Source: Candidatus Bipolaricaulota bacterium (GTDB taxonomy: Bacteria > Bipolaricaulota > Bipolaricaulia > UBA7950 > UBA9294). From it: a stretch of DNA of 64,000 nt. Location: contig JBFMGK010000015.1 of assembly GCA_040752575.1 (NCBI GenBank), positions 23,779-87,778 on the forward strand, written 5' to 3'. The first letter of the stretch is position 1, and every line of letters starts with the position of its first letter. The position numbers were made by a program, and so were the translations under genes. Of this stretch, positions 41,511 to 49,687 are shown piece by piece. The notes beneath the pieces are model-generated. The model was not told where the DNA came from and did no database searches. It worked only from the letters and a program-made list of their open reading frames with translations.

Positions 41511-43272
41511 TCCGCTCGCCCGCGTCCTCGTCGTCGACCTGACACGGCGTCGTTTCGAGATCGCCGAGCGCCGCGACCTGTTCGACGCTTCGCTCGGCGG
41601 CGTCGGCGTCGGCATCCGCCTTCTCGACGAGTTGTGCCCGCAGGGAGCCGACCCGCTCGGACCGGAGAATCCGATCGTCTTGTCGGTCGGCCCGCTCGTC
41701 GGGCTCTTCCCGCTCGCGTCGAAGACCGTCGCCACGTTCGCATCCCCCCACACGGGCAACCTTGGGGAAAGCCACGCCGGAGGGCGGAGCGCGGTCTCGA
41801 TCCGCATGGCGGGGTACGGCGCGATCGTCCTTACGGGGGCGAGCGAGCAGCCGGTCTACGTCGTCGTCGAAGGCGATCGCGTCGCGTTCCGCGATGCGAC
41901 AGCGCTATGGGGTCTGCGCTCGAGTGCGACCGTCGGCCGCGTCCTGCGCGAGCGCGAAGCTGGGTCGGGGCACCGCTCGATCTTGCGCATCGGCCCCGCC
42001 GGCGAGCGCCGCGTCTCCTACGCCTGCGTGATCACCGAGACCTATCGGCACTTCGGCCGCCTCGGTCTGGGCGCCGTGTTCGGGAGCAAGAGGCTCAAGG
42101 CTCTGGTCATCGCCGGGCAGCGCTCGCTCCCAGTCGCCGATCCTGTTGCCTATCGCCGCGCGTACGACGCGATCTACCATGCGGCCACGGACTCGCCGAT
42201 CATGAAGAAGTACCACGAACTCGGCACGCCGGTGAACGTCCTGCCGCTCAACGAGCTTGGCGCCCTACCAACGCGCAACCTTCGCGAAGGCCGATTCTCA
42301 GGCGCGGCCGCGCTGTCGGGCGAAGGGATGGCCGAGCGATTCCTCGGCCGCCGCCTGGCGTGCAGCCACTGCCCGGTCGCCTGCATCCACCTCGCCGCAC
42401 TGCGAACGCCGCACCCGAAGGAGCCCTACTTCTACAAGACGACCATGATCGGCTACGACTACGAGTTGATCTACGCGCTCGGCAGCCTGCTTGGGGTCGA
42501 GCGGCCGGAGGGCATGCTCGAACTCATCGACGAGGTCGAATCACAGGGCCTCGACGCGATGTCCGCCGGCGTCGTCTTGGCCTGGGCGACCGAGGCTCGC
42601 GAGCGCGGTTTGATCTCCGACGCGGAGCTGGACGGCGTACCTATCGCGTGGGGCGATGCGGCCGCCTACGGCGAAGCCGTAAGGCGGATCGTCGCGCAGC
42701 CCACCGGCCTGTACCGAGCGCTGGCGCGCGGCGTCGACGCGGCGGCCGCGGCGTACGGCGGCGCCGACTTCGCGCTCGCCTTCGGGGGCAACGAGATGCC
42801 GGGCTATCACACCGGCCCGGCGGGCTATCTGGGGTTTCTCGCCGGCGCGCGGCACAGCCACCTCGACAACGCCGGCTACGCGATCGATCAGAAGCGCCTC
42901 GCGGCCGGCGTCGCCGCGGTCGACGACGGCATCGTCGACGAAATCGTGGCGGAAGAAGCCTGGCGCCAGGTTCTGGCGAGTCTCGTGGTGTGCTTCTTCG
43001 CGCGGGGCATCTACACGCCCGCCGCGGTGCGCGATGCGCTGGCCTGCGTCGGCGTCGAGGCCGACGAGGCACGTCTCCGCACGCTCGGCGCCGAGATCTT
43101 GGCTCAGAAGTGGGCGTTCAAGCGGCGCCGTGGGTTCGATCCATCGGCTCTCGCTCTCCCCGAGAGGATCTTCGAGACCCCATCGCCCTCCGGCGCAATC
43201 AGTCGTGCCGGGCTCGAGCGGCTCGTCGCGCTGTTCGCGCGCCGCGTTCATGACACGACCCACGGCCGGTAG
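41497..43272 (+). CDS. aor: Tungsten aldehyde:ferredoxin oxidoreductase family (AOR/WOR)
   Basis: SPHTG..GESHAGG, GRLGLGAVFGSKRLKA, CSHCPVAC, DYE, GLDAMSAG. Confidence 0.9.
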   Translation: MSPSDPLARVLVVDLTRRRFEIAERRDLFDASLGGVGVGIRLLDELCPQGADPLGPENPIVLSVGPLVGLFPLASKTVATFASPHTGNLGESHAGGRSAVSIRMAGYGAIVLTGASEQPVYVVVEGDRVAFRDATALWGLRSSATVGRVLREREAGSGHRSILRIGPAGERRVSYACVITETYRHFGRLGLGAVFGSKRLKALVIAGQRSLPVADPVAYRRAYDAIYHAATDSPIMKKYHELGTPVNVLPLNELGALPTRNLREGRFSGAAALSGEGMAERFLGRRLACSHCPVACIHLAALRTPHPKEPYFYKTTMIGYDYELIYALGSLLGVERPEGMLELIDEVESQGLDAMSAGVVLAWATEARERGLISDAELDGVPIAWGDAAAYGEAVRRIVAQPTGLYRALARGVDAAAAAYGGADFALAFGGNEMPGYHTGPAGYLGFLAGARHSHLDNAGYAIDQKRLAAGVAAVDDGIVDEIVAEEAWRQVLASLVVCFFARGIYTPAAVRDALACVGVEADEARLRTLGAEILAQKWAFKRRRGFDPSALALPERIFETPSPSGAISRAGLERLVALFARRVHDTTHGR

Positions 43273-43304
43273 CACGCCCCGTCTGGCAGCAGTATGATCT
43301 CACC

Positions 43305-43526
43305 ATGGTTGTCAAGAAGCCACGAACGGCACCGAAAGCGATCATCAAGGCCAAGAAGGCTTCGGCAATGCAGATTCTGAGTTCATTTGGCGTCACTCAG
43401 CGTGACAAACGGGCCGCGCAGAAGGCACTTGACAGCGTTGTGGGCCACCACGAAGCCGCCTCTCGCGGCACGAAGGCCGCGCTCGCCGCGAGTCGCGCCC
43501 TTCCGACAAAGAAGACCACGAACTGA
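43305..43526 (+). CDS. Small basic hypothetical protein
   Basis: 73 aa, Lys/Arg/Ala-rich; TATGAT 6 nt upstream; ends 5 nt before next ORF. Confidence 0.6.
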   Translation: MVVKKPRTAPKAIIKAKKASAMQILSSFGVTQRDKRAAQKALDSVVGHHEAASRGTKAALAASRALPTKKTTN

Positions 43527-43531
43527 ATCTG

Positions 43532-44128
43532 ATGAGTACCCACGCGCCGCAGGAGGGGAGTGTCTTCTTGAACATCCCCTATGATGCGAGCTATCAGCCC
43601 CTCTTCGTCTCTCTTGTCAGCACTCTCATACATCTAGGCCAGCAGCCCCATTGCGTGCTCGAGATACCAGAGACTGGGCAAGGCAGACTCCAACGGATCG
43701 CCAAGCTACTTGAGTCGTGCAGCCTATCGATTCACGACCTGAGTCGCCAGGGCGTGCCGACGCGGATGAACATGCCGTTCGAGCTGGGCCTTGCGTGGGC
43801 GATTCGACTGCGCGATCCCCAACACCAGGTCGTGCTGATGGACTCGCGACCGCACCGCCTTGATAAGGTCCTCAGCGATTTGAAGGGCCACGACGCCCTC
43901 ATCCATAACGGCTCGTGCGATGTCCTGATCAACGAGATTCTCGGGATCACGCAGGACCCGATTCCCACGATCCGTGAGCTTCGCGAGGAGGCGCGTGTGC
44001 TCCGGCAGCTCGCGCGGAGCATTGCGGACTCACACGGTACGGGGACGATCTTCAAGGCCGCGCCGTTCAGATCCCTCTTGGCCGCCGCGGTGCATCAAGC
44101 GGTGGAAAGCGGGCACATCAACCCGTAG
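43532..44128 (+). CDS. Nucleoside 2-deoxyribosyltransferase/TIR-like (flavodoxin-fold) protein
   Basis: VFLNIPYD...RLQRI..L..C.LSIHDLS...RMNMPFELGLA; atypical codon usage. Confidence 0.7.
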   Translation: MSTHAPQEGSVFLNIPYDASYQPLFVSLVSTLIHLGQQPHCVLEIPETGQGRLQRIAKLLESCSLSIHDLSRQGVPTRMNMPFELGLAWAIRLRDPQHQVVLMDSRPHRLDKVLSDLKGHDALIHNGSCDVLINEILGITQDPIPTIRELREEARVLRQLARSIADSHGTGTIFKAAPFRSLLAAAVHQAVESGHINP

Positions 44129-44448
44129 CTGCGGCTCGCTACCCCTTGTCCGAATGGGATGCGAACCGACGAGTCGCCGCGTCCGCCCCCATCCTGCGAG
44201 GATGACGTCTCGGTCGACTCGTCCGGGTCGCCGGCTGCCCGTGGCGGCCCTCTCTCCAAGCGCTTGTCCTACCAGGCTACAGCTGGGCGCGTCCACGCGA
44301 GGACGGCGCCGATCCGGTGCCGAAAACCACGAGGCAACCGCTCTCTGCAGCCGCCGAGGAAGACGCGAGAGAGGGCACAGGCCCCTTCATCTCGCCACGT
44401 CGACATCTTGGAGGGTCGCCCGCTGGCGGGGCATGCCGCGGGCCGTCG

Positions 44449-45399
44449 TCAGGGTTTCCGACGGAGAGAGCGCCCAAGCAGCGCTTCGACCGCGTCGCGA
44501 GTGGGCAGCGACGGCTGTGCGCCGGGCTGGGTTGTCGCGAGCGCTCCGGCGGCGTTCGCGAAATGAAGTGCCTGCCGCAAGGGCCACTCGCCGAGGGCCA
44601 CGGCGAGCGCGGCGGTGAATGCGTCGCCAGCCGCGGTCGTATCCACCACGCAGACGTCGAACGCTGCGACGTGCACCGTCTCGTCTCCATAGGCGGTGGC
44701 TCCTCGCGCCCCCTCTTTCAACACGACGAGGCCGACGCCACGTTCGAGGAGATGTCGCGCCGCGCGCTCTGGATCGGCAAGCCCCGTGAGCGCTTCGAGT
44801 TCGGTCTCGTTGGGCGTCAGGACGTCGACGCGTTCGAGCGGCAGGGCGAAGACGTCGCCCGCCGGCGCGGGATCGAGCACGACGAGCGGCCGACCGCGCG
44901 GCAATCGCTCCAAGAGCCGCGAGACGGCCGCGATCGGAATCTCGAATTGCACGAGCACGACGTCGGCCGCCGCGAGACGATCGAGGGTGCGTTCGACGTA
45001 CGCGCCGTCGACCGCACCGTTCGCGCCCGCCACGCACGCGATGGCGTTCTCACCGGCCGCGTCGACCCAGATCGACGCCGTTCCCGTGGCAACGCCGTCT
45101 GCGCGCTCGACGCCCGCCACGTCGACGCCATCGGCGCGCAGCGCATCCAGGAGCTCGTCCCCGAACCCGTCGGCCCCGACCTTGCCGAAGAACGCGACGG
45201 CAGCGTCCAACCGCGAAGCGGCCACGGCCTGGTTCGCGCCCTTGCCCCCCGGGTACTGGCACAGCTCGATCCCACGGACGGTCTCGCCCGGTCGCGGCAT
45301 GCGGGCGACGCGCGTCACGAGGTCGACGTTGGCGCTGCCGAGAACCGAGATCGCGGGCCGCGCCCCGGACGTCGAGCGGCCGGCGGAACAAGCGGCTAT
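44449..45399 (-). CDS. rbsK: Ribokinase (PfkB family)
   Basis: ISVLGSANVDLV, GGKGANQA, PNETE, DTTAAGDAF, ANAAGA; apparent ATA start at 45399. Confidence 0.88.
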   Translation of the reverse strand: MAACSAGRSTSGARPAISVLGSANVDLVTRVARMPRPGETVRGIELCQYPGGKGANQAVAASRLDAAVAFFGKVGADGFGDELLDALRADGVDVAGVERADGVATGTASIWVDAAGENAIACVAGANGAVDGAYVERTLDRLAAADVVLVQFEIPIAAVSRLLERLPRGRPLVVLDPAPAGDVFALPLERVDVLTPNETELEALTGLADPERAARHLLERGVGLVVLKEGARGATAYGDETVHVAAFDVCVVDTTAAGDAFTAALAVALGEWPLRQALHFANAAGALATTQPGAQPSLPTRDAVEALLGRSLRRKP

Positions 45400-46337
45400 G
45401 GAGTCCCGCCTTTCTTGGCCCGCTCCGCGCGGGGCGCCGGCAGAAGCTCGCGCAGCGCGATGCGTCGGCCGCCGCGCGCGACGGGGGCGAAAGGCGTCGA
45501 CACGCCCACGATGTCTGCCGTCCGGGCGAACGCGTCAATCGAGACGCGGAGCGCCTCGCGCAGCGCGTCCATCGAGATCGCCAGGAGAGTCATCTCGATC
45601 GCGGCAACCGCCTCCGGGGGGAGGCTCGTCGCCACGTGGCCCGAAAGCGAGGCGCAGTAAGCCTCGTGGGTGGTCGACGCTTCGCCCTTGTACGTCGCCC
45701 CGCCGCACTTCACGACGTTCGTCGCGCCGCCGGGCGCGTGGAGGACTGCCGCGCCGGGCGCGAGGCGCAGCACATCGGCCGCCGCCTCGCTCGCGCCGGC
45801 CAGGCATGCGGCCTCGCTGCGTCCGAAGGCTACCAGCGCGCCGTCGACACCGGCCACGACGCGAGTCCGGCGCTCCAAGCGTTGATCGCTCACCGACAGA
45901 GGAAGACGGATCAGTTCGCGCTCGCCGCTGGTCTCTTTGATTTCGTGACCATCCCCCCAGCGCGCAAGGCGCGCGGCCAGGTCGACGACCCACTCAATCG
46001 GCGCCGCCCGACCCGCGTCGAACAGCGAACAGGTTAGCAGAAGCGGCGCAAGGTCCAGTCGATCCAGGAGGGCAACCTTGAACGCGTCGAGGCCGGACGC
46101 TGTCGGACCGCTGAACAATAGCGTCATGCCCGGGCGTCCGTCCGGAGTCGATGCCGCCGGCGCCGGGCTCTCGAGGCCACCGCGCAACGCACTGCCGGGA
46201 GCGAGCGCGACAGCGGCAAGGAAGCCTGCCGCGGCGAGTGCCAGAGCTTCGGTCGACGCCGTGAGCGTGAGCCGCGCGACATAGGTGTCGACGACCTCGC
46301 AGAACGTATCGTCAATCGACAATCCCTGATAGCGCAT
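45396..46337 (-). CDS. Divergent formylmethanofuran:H4MPT formyltransferase (Ftr/FhcD) homologue
   Basis: IDDTFCE, TPDGRPG, WGDGHE, THEAYC, collinear with archaeal Ftr; RBS GGAGGT. Confidence 0.75.
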   Translation of the reverse strand: MRYQGLSIDDTFCEVVDTYVARLTLTASTEALALAAAGFLAAVALAPGSALRGGLESPAPAASTPDGRPGMTLLFSGPTASGLDAFKVALLDRLDLAPLLLTCSLFDAGRAAPIEWVVDLAARLARWGDGHEIKETSGERELIRLPLSVSDQRLERRTRVVAGVDGALVAFGRSEAACLAGASEAAADVLRLAPGAAVLHAPGGATNVVKCGGATYKGEASTTHEAYCASLSGHVATSLPPEAVAAIEMTLLAISMDALREALRVSIDAFARTADIVGVSTPFAPVARGGRRIALRELLPAPRAERAKKGGTP

Positions 46338-46404
46338 CGCACCTCCGTTACGGTCGAGGTTAGCACCCGCGATGCGAGCGGTCTAGCCTGCGTTACTCTG
46401 GGGA

Positions 46405-47763
46405 TTACGGCGCGACGACCCTGTGCAGAGCGCCGGGCGCCGTGCCGTTGGGATCGGCCACCCATAGGAACTGCCCATCGTAGGCCAGGTCGGCCGGCTC
46501 CAGCCCCGGCGCCGCGGTTGTGTCGAGAACGACGCCCGTCCAGGGGTTCACTTTGGCCAGCACGGGCCCGGCGGTGACCCAGAGCGCGCCCCCGGCCCAA
46601 GCGAGTCCCGTCGGCGCCACGGCGACGATTCCGCGGGGGGCCAGGTCCGTCGGTCCGACGGCCGGCGCGGCGAACGATCCTTGGACGGCGCCGGTCATCG
46701 GGTCAACCCGAAACACGCGACCTCGGACGAGGTCGCTCACCCAGAGCGACCCTCCTCCAAAAGCGAGCCCGAACGGCGTGAACTCCTCGCTGTCGAGGAC
46801 GCCCTGGACGTGATTCGGATCCGTCGTCGGGAGATCGGGATGGAGCTTGTAGATGCGCCCGTCCGATGCACAGGCGACCCAGAGGGATCCTTGCCCTAGG
46901 GCGAGTCCCGCCGGCACGCCGACGGGATTGGGCACGGGGATGATGCTCTTGGCGTCGGCCGACGGGACGGCCGAACTGCCCGGCGCGTCGAACGACGAGA
47001 GCACGTACCCGTCCGCGGGGCGGACCTTGTAGATCCGGCGTGTGGATGCGTCGCTGATCCACAGCCACGCCCCGTCGTACGCAAGGCCGGTCGGATCCGG
47101 CCCCGGGGCGGAAAGCGTCGCCACGATGCCCTCGACAACGATCTGACGCCAGGCGCTGCCGACCGCTCCGTCGTCGTCGACGACGTGCAGCGTGGCGGTG
47201 CGGACGCCGGCGGAGGCGTAGACGTGAGCCACCGGCAGGCTGAGGTCCTGGCCGACGACGGGCGTCGAGCCGTCGCCGAAGTCCAGGCTGTACGACACAA
47301 TGGTTCCCGACGGGACGGGGATCAGCGATGCGGGGTCCTGCGACGCCGAGAGGTCAAAGATCACGGACAGCGGCGCAGAGCCGCGGACCGGCGTCACCGC
47401 GAACTCGGCGACGGGCGGCGGGTTCGTCGCGTAGAGGACGAGCGTCGCGCGATCGGAACGACCGTCGTTCGTGTAGACGGTCAGCGTCACGAGGTAGGCT
47501 CCGTGCTCGGTGTACGTGTGGGTCGGCGCGACGGCCGTGGACGTGTTGGCTTCGCCGCTTCCGGGATCGCCGAAGTCCCACGCCACCGCGTCGACGCGAC
47601 CGGCCGACCCGGCGCTCGAGAAGCGAACGGTGAACGGGATCGGTCCCGTTTCGGCCCCAAGAATCGCGATACGCGCGTCGAGCGGCAGGAGCCGCGCGCA
47701 GCCGAACAAGAGACCCAAGCACCACCCCATCACGACCACAACGACGGCAACTCGCGCCTTCAT
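46405..47763 (-). CDS. Lipoprotein with two PKD domains and a beta-propeller
   Basis: Lipobox LLFGC; WDFGD...PTHTY...Y.VTLTV; repeated P.GLA.DG..LW. Confidence 0.85.
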   Translation of the reverse strand: MKARVAVVVVVMGWCLGLLFGCARLLPLDARIAILGAETGPIPFTVRFSSAGSAGRVDAVAWDFGDPGSGEANTSTAVAPTHTYTEHGAYLVTLTVYTNDGRSDRATLVLYATNPPPVAEFAVTPVRGSAPLSVIFDLSASQDPASLIPVPSGTIVSYSLDFGDGSTPVVGQDLSLPVAHVYASAGVRTATLHVVDDDGAVGSAWRQIVVEGIVATLSAPGPDPTGLAYDGAWLWISDASTRRIYKVRPADGYVLSSFDAPGSSAVPSADAKSIIPVPNPVGVPAGLALGQGSLWVACASDGRIYKLHPDLPTTDPNHVQGVLDSEEFTPFGLAFGGGSLWVSDLVRGRVFRVDPMTGAVQGSFAAPAVGPTDLAPRGIVAVAPTGLAWAGGALWVTAGPVLAKVNPWTGVVLDTTAAPGLEPADLAYDGQFLWVADPNGTAPGALHRVVAP

Positions 47764-47831
47764 CTCACGACCTCCTCTCGGCGGCTCCCCGCCGGCAGTC
47801 AATGTACAACTGAAGTGCGCCTTGGGTCTCG

Positions 47832-48587
47832 TCACGAGGTCGCGCGACCGGTCTCGAGCCACGTCGCCCAGTCAGGAAACCCGTTGGCGCGGGCTTCGGC
47901 GGCCGCCGCGCGTGCGTCGTAGGCGACGGCGACGAGCTCGGTCGTCCAACCCTGGCTCGTCGGCCAGAGAACGGCGAAGCGCGCGTCGGGCGACGCGTTC
48001 TCGACCGCGTGGGGCTCGGGAACGTCGTCGACGTACGCCGGGCAGCCGACGCTTCCCGGGTTCACGACGAGAACTCCGCACGGCGTCTCGACAGCCGCCG
48101 GGGTGTGGTCGTGACCGCAAACGACGACGCGAGTCTCGACGCCGGCCAGCAGGGCGTCCACCTCGGCGCCGGGGCGAGGCGCGAGCCGGCCGTCGGCGAC
48201 GCGGGACAAGAGATAGACCGTGTCGTCGTGCGGCGCCCCGTGGAAGAGCGTGATGCCGTCGAGCGACGCGCGTTGAGGCAGCGAGGCCAGCCACTGTACG
48301 TGAGCCGGCGCGAGGCGATCGCACGTGAACCGCGCCGTTCGCGACGCCGGGCGGCCGGCGGCGGCCTCGACGAGGACTCGGTCTTCGTTGCCCGAGACGC
48401 TGACCACGGCGATCGACGGCAGGCGGTCGGCGACCGGCCGCGGATCGAACGGACCGTACAGCGCGTCGCCGAGGTTGGCGATCGTCCGGATCCCGCGGCG
48501 CTCGATCTCCCGAAGGACGGCGTCGAGCGCGCGAGCGTTGCCGTGAACGTCCGCCAAGACGGCGATCGGAACGCGCGTCGCGCTCAT
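47832..48587 (-). CDS. Metallophosphoesterase (YfcE/MJ0936-like)
   Basis: DVHGN, LGD, GNED, FHG, GHDH, NPGSVG. Confidence 0.9.
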   Translation of the reverse strand: MSATRVPIAVLADVHGNARALDAVLREIERRGIRTIANLGDALYGPFDPRPVADRLPSIAVVSVSGNEDRVLVEAAAGRPASRTARFTCDRLAPAHVQWLASLPQRASLDGITLFHGAPHDDTVYLLSRVADGRLAPRPGAEVDALLAGVETRVVVCGHDHTPAAVETPCGVLVVNPGSVGCPAYVDDVPEPHAVENASPDARFAVLWPTSQGWTTELVAVAYDARAAAAEARANGFPDWATWLETGRATS

Positions 48588-49687
48588 CGGATCGCGGCGA
48601 GAACGCGCTCGAGCGCGGCGAGGAAACGATCGTTCTCGGCCGGCGTGCCGATCGAGACGCGCAGGCACTTGGGCAGATCGTACGCCGCGCACGGCCGGAC
48701 GATCACGCCCTCGCACAGCAGCCGCTGCTGCACGTCGCCGGCTTGGGGTCCGATCTCGACGAGGACGAAGTTCGTGTGGCTCTCGGCAAACGCGAGCCCG
48801 AGCCGCGCGAACTCGCGGCACAGGAACTCCCGCCCCTTCCGGTTCTCGGCCACCGTGAACTCGACGAACTCCGCGTCGTCGAGCGCGGCGATGCCGGCGG
48901 CCTGGGCGACAACGCTGACGTTGAACGCCTCTTTCACCTTGAACAGCGGGGCCAAGGTGTCGCGGTGCCCGAAGCCGTAGCCGATGCGGATCCCGGCCAG
49001 ACCGTAGATCTTCGAGTAGGTTCGCAACACGACGACGTTCGGCCGGCCGTCGCGCACGTAGCCGAGGCTGTCGGGAAACTCGGGCGAGTCGGCCATCTCG
49101 GCGTACGCGTCGTCGAGCACGACGAGGGCGTGGTCGGGAACGCGACGCAGGAAGCGCGCGAGGTCGTCGGCCGTGACGATCGTGCCGGTCGGGTTGTTGG
49201 GGTTGCAGACATAGACCATGCGCGTCCGCGGCGTGATCGCCCGCGCCATCGCGTCGAGGTCGATCCGGTAGCCGGGCGCGAGCGGCGTCTTGACGAGCTT
49301 CGCGCGCATCGCGTGCGCGTAGATGTCGTAGATCGGGAACGACGAGCGGCTGACGATCACTTCGTCGCCGTCGTCGAGGTAGGCCATCGAGAGCTCGAGG
49401 ATGATGTCGTCGGCGCCGTTGCCGACCACGACCTGATCGAGCGCGAAGCCGAAGTGCCCGGCCAGCGCGACGCGAAGGTCGTAGCTCGATCCATCGGGGT
49501 AGACGTTGCCTCCGGCGAGCGCCGTCTGCATCGCCGCGAGCGCCTTCGGCGAGACGCCGTAGGGGTTCTCGTTCGACGCCAGCTTCACGACATCGGTGAG
49601 CCCGAGCTCGCGCTCGACCTCGCAGATCGGCTTTCCGGGAACGTAGGTCTGAATCGCATCGAGTCCACGTTGCGGCCGAAGGCTCAC
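48584..49687 (-). CDS. hisC: Histidinol-phosphate/aromatic aminotransferase (class II)
   Basis: KLASNENP, NPNNPTG, RTYSKIYGLAGIRIG; GTG overlapping acd stop. Confidence 0.85.
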   Translation of the reverse strand: MSLRPQRGLDAIQTYVPGKPICEVERELGLTDVVKLASNENPYGVSPKALAAMQTALAGGNVYPDGSSYDLRVALAGHFGFALDQVVVGNGADDIILELSMAYLDDGDEVIVSRSSFPIYDIYAHAMRAKLVKTPLAPGYRIDLDAMARAITPRTRMVYVCNPNNPTGTIVTADDLARFLRRVPDHALVVLDDAYAEMADSPEFPDSLGYVRDGRPNVVVLRTYSKIYGLAGIRIGYGFGHRDTLAPLFKVKEAFNVSVVAQAAGIAALDDAEFVEFTVAENRKGREFLCREFARLGLAFAESHTNFVLVEIGPQAGDVQQRLLCEGVIVRPCAAYDLPKCLRVSIGTPAENDRFLAALERVLAAIR

